Origin: Lama glama | Taxonomy: Eukaryota | DNA length: 64,000 nt | Direction of reading: 5' to 3' | NCBI GenBank assembly: GCA_028534125.1 | Contig: CM052825.1 | Coordinates: 21,700,001 to 21,764,000, forward strand | Part shown: piece by piece, positions 50,413-62,500 of the stretch | How positions within the stretch are numbered: the stretch's first letter is position 1 | Layout of the letters: each line of letters starts with the position of its first letter | Translations under genes and position numbers: made by a program | The notes under the pieces: model-generated | Databases searched by the model: none | The model's input: only the letters and a program-made list of their open reading frames with translations | What the model was told of the DNA's origin: nothing

Positions 50413-50573
50413 CCGCGGGGCCCACCGGGAAGTGGAGTCCGACAGGGGCGCCGCAGCCCCAAGAGGCTGAGGAAATCCAGGGCGGGACCGCAAGGCACCA
50501 TAGGAAATGTAGTCCAAACGCGAGGGAGCGGCAGTGGCCAGCCTCCTCCGCAAGGGGCGCTGGGAAATGTAGT
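50413..50573 (-). promoter_or_regulatory. Three ZNF143/THAP11-type (ACTACAnnTCCC) motifs
   Basis: Minus strand reads ACTACATTTCCCAGCGCCCC (ends 50573), ACTACATTTCCTATGGTGCC (ends 50513) and ACTCCACTTCCCGGTGGGCC (ends 50438). Confidence 0.75.
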
Positions 50574-51683
50574 TCTGAAAGCGTGGGGCTGGGCGGGGAA
50601 GGGAGGGAGGGAGGGAAGAAAGCTGTGGTTATCACGAGGGCCTTCGCTCAGCGCCAGGCTCTTTTCAGCCAACCTGGCCTGAGTGCTGGCTCTGCGGTCG
50701 CTCTGCCTAGGTTATCACGCCTCTAGTGGACTTTTCATAGTGGACTTGAGCAAGTTTTCCGGGTTTGCGAACCTGCTGTGCTGCTCCATAGGATTGTATT
50801 TAATAGTAAACGTTAACTGTCTCAAACTGGGAAAATGGAGCCCAAGTTTGCTGGCCCCACACATTTAGAAATCAATAACACTTGAGGCTTGACATTCAGT
50901 AGGCACTCATAGTCGGGCAAAGAACCCTGGTAGTAAAGATCAGCAAAACGCCGTCCAGACCCTATTGAGGTCAGGTACCCTGGTGTGAGGCTTCTCACTG
51001 CGGCTATCTTGAAACTTGGAAATATTAAATAGATCCAACTCCACAAAATATTAACAAAAATAATTTTACAAAAGACATAGTGGTGAGATGAAAGAGGACC
51101 CACTTCACATACAGCAAAACCTATTAGAATGTCTGTATTCCACCTCCTTAGTTTTTTGAAGCTCCTAGAGGAACTTTAGGAGTTAGTTAAAAACCATGTA
51201 TTAATGAGCACTGCCTGGCAGGGGGAGCACTCAGGTCCTTCTCTCGCAGATGAGATTACTTAAATTGGTACCACGGAGGTAATGTGAGTGAAATGGAAGT
51301 TATCTTTGCCTCTAAAAAGACCCTTCCATGAAATTTGCTTCCTGCTTAACTAGACTTTCTCACAAGGTAGCCAAACAGCTAACTTCACATGCATTTTCAT
51401 CAAATTCTCACAACCCTAAAGTAGGTTATGATTTTCACTTTCCAGCTCAATTAAAGTGCAGGTCAGAGGGAGGTTAGGTAACTTGCTCAAGGTTACACAA
51501 CTGGTCAGAAAGATTAAACCCATGACACTTCATAAGTCACTGGTCATTTCACAACGGTGCTTTAATACAGGTGATAAATACACACACAGAAATCAAAAGA
51601 ACATTTGTGTGAGAAGCCTCTCTATTGGGGTACTTCCCTTTATTGGCATAAGAACAAAAGCTTCAGATTAACCATGTCATTGT

Positions 51684-51689
51684 TTTATT
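51684..51689 (-). terminator. Probable RRN3 polyadenylation signal AATAAA (other candidates 51639-51644, 52740-52745)
   Basis: tttatt on + strand about 1.7 kb after the RRN3 stop, at the end of an AT-rich UTR-like tract. Confidence 0.5.
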
Positions 51690-53353
51690 TTCACAATGGA
51701 TTTTTTCTCAAATTCATTTGAAATTAAACAAGCTCATTTGTAAATATATCCTACATTAAAACTACTTCCCAACCCACAAAGACCCCACTTACCGTAAATA
51801 TCTATCAGCACATTCTCAATTACTTGTTTTATCCACTACCCAAAAATTCCATCTTTTTGTCAGCAGTTAAAAAAAATAGAAACCTAAAGGTTCTCAAACG
51901 ACTTTCCACTAAATCACCAAAAGAAAATTGCCAGTATCCAAAACTTCTTAAAACAATAAAAATTTCTGTTCTCCAAAAACATATTTACAAACTGAAGTTC
52001 AAACTCCACATTGCCATCAATATAATTATACAAGAGCATACAAAGCCCTAGGAAAGAGAAAGCATTTCATTACAAAATATTTGTGATCGAGAAAATACCG
52101 CTTGCCTTTAAATAAAGAATAGGAAAAGTGGCAGAAAAATAAATATGTTTAAAGATGTCCATTTTCACAAGTAACAAAAAAGTACACAAATAAGGAATGA
52201 AGCTAAAATATGCATGAGCTTCAAAATGGCTCTAGCAGCACTTACACAAATTTGTTACAAAGCGAGGTTGTTTGTTTAGACTCCTCTCTGTCAGTGTTCA
52301 GTTATAAAAATACAAAGAGCCTCGCCAGGGGAGGATTTCACTGAGCTAGAATTCATGGTACAAACAGGCAGTACACAGAGACTGTAGCTGGAACCTTGGC
52401 CTATTGTTCTTAGCAAAACCATTCCACCAAATAACCTAAAATCCTCTCTCCCCCCCATTTTTGGACAAAGAAATTCTCAAAATGACCAATTGATTCTGAT
52501 TTTTAAAAAAATTAATACATCATTCCAGTACAAACAAGTAGTTCCAGTTCTAACAGCAGTCTTGGGGGGCTCAGGATCAAATGCTATCAGCTGTGTTTTA
52601 TAAAAGTCCAACCCCACTTTCAATGTGAGTTACATTTCCCTGGAACTCCTTGTTCCTTTGAAATTCATTTTTACACTCTCAAGTGTATGATTTGTCTGAT
52701 TCTGTTTCCCTAAATCCTCTTTCTCTTCCCCCTCAGGCTTTTATTGGTTTCTGTAGCCCCTGGACGTCTCCTTCAGTGCCAGCTCCAACTTGCAGCATCC
52801 AGGATCAGCTCTGGCCGCTTCCCCACACTTTCCTCCTATCTTCTCTGCACCCCACTGAAACCCTACCATATACATACAGTTACAGAAGGGGGTAAACAAC
52901 GTACCCAGAATAGTTAAACTCGTTCTGAAGGCTTTAAATAATGTCCTAGAGGATTTTCCAGTGAAAAGATATCAAATCAACAAAGTCTTGTCACTGTGGC
53001 TCTGACAAAAATCTTGTTAAAAATGCATTCTGTTAAAACAGGCTGTTGCCAACATTAGAAATTTCACGATAATCATGTCAAGAAGCTGTAACCAAAAAAT
53101 GTATACATTAAAGAAAGAAGCCAAGCCTCCAACATTTATCATCAACTCCACTGTAAAATATTGCACATGATATTCTCTTTTCCTTTTGCCTGTACAGGAA
53201 CAAAACAGAAAAAGAAAAAAAAAGTCTGTTGAGACACTAGAGTAAGTCTCGCTTGAAAGGAAGATGCCTGAGGCATGAACTCGCTCTAGTTCAATGCGAT
53301 GCTCAAACAGTATGAACCCTAGTACTGAAGGGCACGGTGGAGGAATGTCTGTC

Positions 53354-53515
53354 TCAATCACAGATCCTTGTGACCAGAGGGGACTGATCTGGCAGGTACA
53401 GCACAGGTGGGGAGCCCACACTACTCGAAGGACTTTGGAAATGCGTATCAAAGGAGCTGGGTGTAATCCCAACTTCACCTTTCAAAAAATCATCTTCTTC
53501 ATCTTCCACCACCTC
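53354..53515 (-). CDS. RRN3: RRN3 last coding exon
   Basis: tgcag|GAG; EVVEDEEDDFLKGEVGITPSSFDTHFQSPSSSVGSPPVLYLPDQSPLVTRICD*. Confidence 0.93.
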   Translation of the reverse strand, partial: EVVEDEEDDFLKGEVGITPSSFDTHFQSPSSSVGSPPVLYLPDQSPLVTRICD

Positions 53516-56500
53516 CTGCACAAAGAACAGAGATTATCAGAAAGATCACAACTGGCAGTCTGAAAAACTTTCAAGAACGCCTTTCCTCAGGAACGTGCTA
53601 CTTCTGGAGAGACAAAGGGGAAGAAAAAAAACCCTAATTTCCAAAGCTCCCTCTGATGCATACCTCTTTTTTTATGAATCACCCATAAAATTACTCAACA
53701 CACGTAATTGTTTAAAGTCTGATTTTTTTTTCTTTTTAAACATATTTTAAGCTCAAAAGGGCAGGTAACATATGTCATTCTTGCTCAATCTAACACATCA
53801 TGAATGAATGAATGAACGACCACCTGCCTCAAATGCAAAATACAAAGAAAATAAAAAGCTGACTTTTTTTAAGAGATTTTTTTTAGATTACTTTTTTTTT
53901 TTAAATGAGCTTGAGTTTATTTTTATTTTTTTGGTTTTTTGGGGTGAGGGGCAGGGTAATTAGGTTATTTTTTTGGAGGAGGTACTGGGGATTGAACCCA
54001 GGACCTCATGCATGCTAAGCACGTGCTCTACCAATTGAGCTATCCCCTCCCCCCTGACATTTAACGTGGAAGTCAATGTGCCACAAAGAAATGGACAGTG
54101 ACATTCTTTATTACTGGATTCTAATTTCCTCCTTTGGCATTAACTGCCTCGGCTCCAGGTGAAGTGCCCCGGAGTCTGCACTGCAGACCTCACCTTCACC
54201 CCCTAGTCATGAAAACCCACACAACCAATGCTTATGTCTGGGAAAATTTCAACAGTAAGTAAACCTGCGTTTTACTTGGTGGTAACGATCAAGTGGTAAA
54301 GATCTAAATTTGCGGAGCTGATTTTTGATTATCCTTCACTTTCCAAAGTCAGCAGGTGAAGGGTCTGGTTTAAACAAATCATTAAAAAGGCAACAAACAA
54401 AAATTCTTCTTGTAAGAACACAACCTGAGTTTGGGATTTTGTAATGGCAGAATGAACAAACGTAGTATTGTTTTAAGTGTAACGTTACTATTCACTATTT
54501 GACCGTGATCTCTAACCACACAGGAGATTCCCAGAAAGTGTGTTGAAGCACAAATTTACCTTTTTAATGGGTTTCTTAAACTCCTGAAGCTCTTCTGCAC
54601 TCATGTCTTCCCATACCTGATACACAGGATCAATGAATTTCTTTGATCTGTCAAAAAGATCACATTTCCAAATCAAATTAAATACTACAGCGAAGGTCAA
54701 AACATACTTACCTCTTTTCTCACGAGACTCAAAACGAGGACGTAAAAACTATCGTTCAAATTATAATAGTGTCAAAAAAATACTCTATGTAAGTACTGTA
54801 ACTAGTGTGGCTCCTTTTTAAAAGTTCATCTGCTCACACAGATGTTTCTCATTTTTTAATTTTCAAGTGAAATTACTCCTCAGCTTTGCAAAGATCAACA
54901 ATGAGTTATAATACGTTCAAATGAAGGTGAAATTGGATTATTCTGGAACTTCTTTTTTTTTATTCCTAAAGTAAATTTACTACAAATAAGTCTGGGGAAA
55001 AAAAAATCTGGTTTCAGTCAACCAAGACTTGAGGGACCAGATAATCCCAAAATCATTGTGTTGCTAGTTATAAACGGTAATAAGCAAAAATACTGCTTCC
55101 TTATACACATGCAAGTTAAGACTAGCTTGGGGGTTTTCCAGAATTACTCATCCAGATAGATCTCTTGGCTTTTGCTTATCCTGTCCAGCAGTGTGGGATG
55201 TCTGTAGAGGAAGGAATAAGTCATCTGGCAGAGACCAAATAGGGTGGCATCCTTCCTATCCAGGCACCTCTAGTCTCAATTTCTTTGTATTTTTAAACCA
55301 ACAGGTCTAAAGAGAAACAAAAACCCCTCAGTGTCAATCTGGGCTCCTACTGAGGTGCAGATCTGCAAGTCTCAGTGTGCTACAGCCCTCAGCAGCCTCG
55401 AACAGGCCTCTCCACGCCAGGCTTGGAATACATGCAAGGAGACCAGCAGACCCTAATAAACAGCCAAGAAGGGCCACTCACAGCAAAGAAATTCTAAGTC
55501 CCAATCCTGGAAAAAGCATATACACACCTCATTTAAATTCACCACTGAAACGTCGACTGTCCAAGACTACCTACCTCTTCAGTACACAAGGGTCGAAGGG
55601 AAAGAAGGTGTCCAGTGGGTTTGTGCAGGTTTGCACTGAGTCCCCACCAGCAGTGTTTCTGATGACAGGCAACATCTGGCGGTTATTCCTCTCAATGAGG
55701 GTGTAGCAGAAGACGAGCTGGTATTTGCTGTAGCACAACAAAACCAACACACACAGAGGCGTTAACATGCTGGAATCTCTCTGCATGGACACACCTGGTT
55801 GTGTGTGACTACAAAGAAATCAACATAACAAGCACAAGAAAAAACAACATAAAGTACAGGGAACACTTCTCTGGGCCTGCTATTTACAAGTTAGTTTGTG
55901 CTGTCACTTTAAAAACATGAGAGTGGGCTTAGATTATTAATAGGCATGACTCACTAAAAATGAATGTGTTCAAGGAAATACTATTTCAGTTTGCAAAATT
56001 ACATAGCTGTCTTTATTTATTTTAACTGTTTTTAAGAGAATTAGCAGGTTGGTGGAAAAGCGATTCAGGATTCACTGAGAGGGGATATGGGCTGCTGATG
56101 GAGAGACTTGGCTGTTGAAGAAATTAAGGAGTGCGCTGAGGGAGAGACATCGGGTTTACTGAGTCATGCTCAAAGATGGTGAAGGAACAGACATAGTGAG
56201 TGAAAACAGTTAAACAGAAGAACTTGCAATAAAAATCAAAAGGACCATTATGTTGTCAATCCCTGTGGTGGTTACCTCCATGTGACTTGGCAATATCAAG
56301 TCATTCAACAGGCTGCTTCTCTAAAAGGAGTAAAGATTTAGCTCACTTCTGCCAACTCTCTCCCTCCCACGGTACTTGCTCAGGTTCTGTTCTCAGGTCA
56401 CTATTGCGATTTTAAGCAACACATTTATTTCCGTTCCATTGGCCAAGGATCACATCTGACTCTTGCTGGGAGGGTAAAACCACACTGGAGGACTCTGCAG

Positions 56501-59500
56501 CATCTGGTAAAATTGAAGATGCGCACCTCCTACAAGCCGGCAACTGCACTTCTGGGTGACAGAAGTACATGCCTGTGCACCAGGACACACAGACAACCAT
56601 GCTCCCAATACTCAAAAACCACGACAGCTTAAATCCCAACAGTAAAGGATAGTAAAGAATCTATCCTTACTTTTCCAGCTGCCTCCTATCTTCCCGCAAC
56701 ATGCTGCAAACTTTCACCCACTGGACGCTACTGCTTGCTGGTTTCTTTTCTTAATTCTTGTCATTTCTGAGACCTCTGAGAGACAGAATACCTTGAGCTA
56801 GATGACCAGCAAAGGAAAAATAAGGTTGCTGCATGAGAGCGGCCAGCTGTCTAAAGGGAACTGAAGCAGGAAGAAATTATTCTTGTCTTCTAATAGCATA
56901 ATCTGCTGAAGATTTTAAGCTATGAGCCTGCCCTCAACACCCTGATGAGATGCCCAAGGTCTCCAATTCACTTTTTACACGAAGCAGAGTAATTCTGTGA
57001 CTGCTTACGAAGGAGCCAACGGCCAGCACTCAAACCTCAGCTCCGCCACAGTCCAGCCATGACTTCACCCAAGTCCTTTCACCTTTCTGTGCCACCCTCT
57101 TACCATTTATAAATAGGGGCTAATAACAGTCATAGGACTGTGTGAGGATTGAGCGAGTCCTATGTGACGTGCCCATGAGAACCGTGCTGGGCACACAGCA
57201 CATGCTACGCATCAGCTGCAGCTGTAAGGCCCTCACTAAATCAATTTCCTATTGTTGGACATTTATCTCACATCCAGTCTATTTTTATTACTATCACGGG
57301 AGTCACTCTCACAAACATCTCTCAGCTTACCAGCTGCCTTACTTATTTTGAAGTGTCTAAGCTGTCTGTCGAATTACCTTCTTTAGATTAAAAAGCAGTA
57401 GCAAAAAAAAAAAAAAGTAGTAGCAATTTCCAATGTAGCCAAAATATAGAAACAAAGCAAATAATAGATTCAGTGCAGTGTTTCCTGCAAGGGCTGGGTT
57501 ATTGGTTTTTAAATGTTTTACTGTTGTTAGTTTTATTAAATAATTTCACAGAAATTCAATGGAATTTTGTAATACTCATACTAATATAAATTTACCTTTA
57601 AATAACTTCCACCAATAAAGCTTAAATAACTTACCTTGTGATTGCGGCAAAAAAGTTAACTACCGAGGGCAGGCAAATCTTCAGAGGGTTTAGCTGACTC
57701 ATCACTATCCGTTCGAAATTTAGACTTTGAAGGTAACTCAGACCTTTGATTAAAAAAAAAAAGATTTTTTAAAAAGGTACAAACATAACTGTATCAGCAG
57801 CACAGATTATTTCATTAAACAATTTTAAAACAAATGCTTTAAAGGCCCATGTGGACAGTCACACAACGGAGAGCCCCGAAGAACAGCACAGGGCTTAACC
57901 ATAAGCATTTATGACCAGACCAACCTTTCTAAAGAAAACAGTTTATTCTTTTAAAGACCTAGGAAGTAAAGCAACACTCTCCTCGCGGGCCCCAGGCTTA
58001 CATGACGATTTGGAATTCAGACACAGGCAAGCTCAGCAGACGCTGAGTGTACAGAGGAGAAGAAAAGACCCCGTGAGGACAATCACGGACTCATTAAGAA
58101 GCCGAGGCACAGAGTGACTCTCCGCTCCCTGGAGGTAGTGACTGCACAATCTGGAATTTCTCCTTGGACTCACAAATCTGACAGACAACAAAACAGACAG
58201 CAAGACTTGCACGTCTTATTAGTGGAGTTGCGCGTGTTTTTCAAGCGTGCATTAGTGTTGGTATTTTTGTTTTTTTTCAAACAAGGAAACTATGAAGATA
58301 GAAGGAAAAATTCAACTGACACTACTGTTCTGGAACAAATATAATTCTGTCCTATATTATAAAGAAAGACTACACTTATTTTAAAAGGAAAGCAAAACAA
58401 CCTGTGCCTAAGTAGAGTTTCTTAGGAGATTCTTTGATGTATATTTTGATAAAAATGACTAAAAATGTGGTAATGTCATGGCTTACAAGAAACAGGTCCT
58501 CTTTAACCAAGAATCTATCATTTATTTATATAAAGAAAAGCAGAGATTGTACTTACCTTGTGATAAAACCTTCTCCTACCAGTGTTCATACAACTACTTT
58601 TAAGCCCGACATCTTTTTAGAAGCACTCAGGATGTAAGTAAATAGATGTAAAGCAACACATACCAGTTTCAGTTTAGAGAGCTGTGGTTTTCAACTAAAG
58701 GCAACTGTGTCCCCAAAAGGACATCTGGCAGTGTCTGGAAGACAGTTTTAGTTGTCACAACAGAGGGTAAGGAGCTGTGCTACCGTGAACTAGTGGGCAG
58801 AGGGTGAGGGACGCTGCTAATCACCCTGTAAGACACAGGACAGCCTCACAACAAAGGATCATCCAGCCCACACGTAAGTAGTGCAGAGTCTGAGGAACTC
58901 TGGCTTTGAGGAAATAGCCTATTAAACTGTTTGTATTATTCATGAAAATAAACAATTCAAATTGACTTAACTGACGTCATTTTTGAGGACTACCTTCAAC
59001 TATACTACACTAACCAAGAAACAAGCTTCATCTGGTAGAATTCAATTATAAACAACCCTTAGAAATCAGCAAAACTGAAAACTGGTAAATTAACTCAAGT
59101 CTTTGGATGAAAGGAACATAATCATTATGATTGTAAGCTTCAGAGTCACCCTCACCTGGTTTTAATTTCTAATCTTGCCAGTAAGTTACTTCCCTGTGCT
59201 TTGGTCTCCTCTGTAAAGTAAGAATGACACCTGCCGTTCACTGGGCTGTTACAAGGATGGGCAGGAGGGCAGAGTGGGGGGATCAAAGCTCTGAGCTGGG
59301 CGCATTTACAATTACTCTAGATGCCAAGCGAACGGTCTCAACCTCAAATCCATCAACTGTTAGAAGGCTGAAGGGGTTTTTAGGGGGCTATAAGCTGCTT
59401 GAAATTATCTGTAGAAGTTTGAATGCATGTGTGATTTTCCAACTCTGTAATTTTCATTGAAAAAGTAATGAATCTTCATTCTGAAGAGTAACTAGTACAC

Positions 59501-62500
59501 AAGGAAAACCCAGTTCACAGCCATCAACCCCACATCACTGACCTTCCTTCAGGTTTCCACTTAAAACCTGCTTGTGTCTAAAAACAAAAGTGTAGAACAC
59601 AGCTTGGCAGGCTGAATAAAACGGTCCGTGGAGAGCAACATCACAAAATGCCTTTGTTCCCGAATCCTGGTTATTAAGGTATACGTGCAGCCAGTTAACC
59701 AAAAGATCTAGGCATGATTTTACAGTACTAGAGAAAAGAAAAATTCGAGTCAACTTCACTTCCTTCATAAAAAAACTAGAGCAACATGAAAACACATAAT
59801 TGCCTCTTATTACAAAGGAAAGTAAGTCCGTTGGCTTCTTTATCACCCATGGGCAAACAAAGGAAGGATGGGTAGGTGGAAAGACAGCCTTCCAGTTACA
59901 AGGTCAGGCAAATGGACCTTCTAGAAGCAACAGGCAGGCCGCTAAGAACGCCCAATGGCTTCCCAGCCCTCTTAGGGGTACACAGCCAGAGAACAGGACA
60001 TGTTTACCACATCTTACAAGAGAAAGACAGTCTGGTTGACCTCACCATTCCCTGTGGGGTTCTGATGAAGTCCTGTGGTCAACAATTTTGGAGAGAATGG
60101 CTTTTAGTTGTTGGGAAAGGGTTTTTAATAGCAACCTTGCCCAAAGATATCTTCGTGGATCACTGGAACAAACAGGCCCAAAGTTGGCCTCCTAGATAGG
60201 TCTTTCTGTTAACTTCAAAAGGATTTTTTTTCCCTTCAGCTTTATCAGATACAACTGATTCAGAATGTAAATGAAAAATGATAAACCTATAAAAAGAATC
60301 AAAACAGTATACAACACTGTACATCATTCATGAAGACAAAGGGATCTTCATGGTGAAGTAGAACCATAGAGAACAGATGACAAAAGCTTTGAATATGAGG
60401 TTTTGTATCTAAAAAAAGGAGACGTTTTATTCTGAAATTGCCTCTTGGAAATATAAACATCTTGCACAGAGTAGAGAACAGATTTTTTCACTTTTAAAAC
60501 AGACCAAAAAAATAAGGCAGATATTTCCCTGCCTTGAGACAATACTATAATCTTTTTAAAGCATGATGTGAAAAAGGACTCAGAAAATTAGGCTACTTAC
60601 ATAAGAGGAATAAATTTAGCTCTTGCCAAAAAGCTTCCAATATAATTTGCAGCAGCTTGCCTGATGATAGCAGGATTATTTGGATCCTGCAGTTTTTTCC
60701 AGAGATGTTCCAAAAATGCTTCTGCGAACCCCTATAAAAAGAGAAGGTGTTGGTCTCATTTTTTTAATGCTTAACATATTCCAGCTATTAGAATCCTAAG
60801 GTTTTCAACTCACCAACATGGGAAGGTTCTAGTATCTCAGTTATACTGCTAGATAAATAACAAATACAGCTATCATGTTTCTTATTTTTTAAAAACCTTG
60901 AGATAATACTACTAAAAACAAAAAGTGTTCCCCAGCATTAAATAATTCAACAGATCCCCAAACCAGCTGAGTGTCAAAATCAACCCTACAGGTTCAGCAC
61001 TTGGGAACCCTATAGACTTTGTGACAGGGCTTTGGAATCCACCTACTTTTAAAGCTCTGCAAGTGATTGTGACAGTCAGCCAGAACTGAAAATCAGTGAT
61101 AAGCCACACTCACATGGGAAACCCTCCTGCAGGACCTTTCTGACTGCATACTGAAGTTAACCAGAAAGGGAAATAGGGATTCAAGTACAGCTGGTATTTG
61201 ACTAAACATGCTAACCACAGGGGAAGAAAAACAGACCAATTATGCTTCTTCTTAACAAATGACACAACCTCCAACTTCTCCCAAATAGCTCTACTTCATT
61301 AAGTAGCTTTTCAAAAGCTACTAGCACATGCTTTGGGGCAGACTGAGTTTAACCTTCCTACCCAGCACCAATGCTCTCCTGGACTGTTCTAGGAAACTAT
61401 AGAATAGTTGCAAAGAGTCCTCTGTTCTTTGTTTATTTTGCTTTGTTCTCAAAACTGAAAACCAAAGCCAAAAGTTTTAAAATTCTGGATTAAAAATTTG
61501 GTTTGGGCTAGTTACGATCAACTGAATGAGAATAAAGAAAACAAGCAGACAAATACCCCATATGAGATTTTAATAAAGGCTTGAATTAAACACAAGGGCA
61601 CCACCTAGCGGACCAAACATAGGATGACATTTTCAGAGCTGAACTCACAGTCAGCTTCAGTGCCCACTGCTCCTTCCATGAGTTGAAATGGGCATGCTAT
61701 TTCATCAGGGGCACTAAGTAAAACGAGCTCAAGACAAAAAGAAATACTCACCTCTCAGTCTCCCTTCCCTACTTTCCCCATCCCCCATTTTTCAAGGGAC
61801 AATTGTGGGCAGGGATAAAATAGGCTACAATAACGTTACTGACATACTCACCAATTTAAAGCTACAGAGGTAAAACATGAAAAACTGCACATGGCAAGAG
61901 GCGTGGGTGGGCAACAGGAGTTTGTCAAAGATGGTTATGAGATCTCGATATAAATCCTTTGTTTTGTTGTTATCAATCTTACCTACAAAGAATATTTGGC
62001 ATTTGTTTTAAAAGGATACTATTTTCAAGCTATCAGTTTCATTTACCAAATTTTTAAAAAGAACACAATACCATTAAGAAACACATCAAAGAAAGAAAGA
62101 AAGAAAGAGGGGGAGGGTATAGCTCAAGGGGTAGAGTGTATGCTAGCTAGCATGCATGAGGTCCTGGGTTCAATCTCCAGTACCTCATCTAAGAACAAAT
62201 AAATAAACNNNNNNNNNNNNNNNNNNNNNNNNNNNNNNNNNNNNNNNNNNNNNNNNNNNNNNNNNNNNNNNNNNNNNNNNNNNNNNNNNNNNNNNNNNNN
62301 NNNNNNNNNNNNNNNNNNNNNNNNNNNNNNNNNNNNNNNNNNNNNGGGGGAAAAAGGCCATTTTTATTTTGCACAGACTTTCCTTGTTAAGTATAATAAT
62401 CCAGTGCTGGCAAGGAAGCAGGCCTTCACCCTACACACACTACTGTGATGTCATGAATTGTGAAACTGCCATTTAAAAGCAGAAGCCCTTTGATCCAGTA

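Larger units (their letters stand above)
49690..50720. promoter_or_regulatory. CpG island / housekeeping promoter of NTAN1 with GC boxes
   Basis: Very GC- and CpG-dense stretch spanning exon 1; overlapping CCCCGCCC boxes around 50400-50412; boundaries judged by eye. Confidence 0.88.

Noticed and set aside
50295-50501. Upstream out-of-frame ATG overlapping the NTAN1 start
   Set aside because: It lies inside a promoter motif that is probably upstream of the transcription start; cannot be supported as a uORF without TSS data
49801-50553. 250-aa ORF in frame with the NTAN1 ATG, plus overlapping 125-189 aa ORFs
   Set aside because: Non-ATG start and stop-poor because of CpG-island composition; only the 27 codons of exon 1 are supported, and a strong donor follows at 50229
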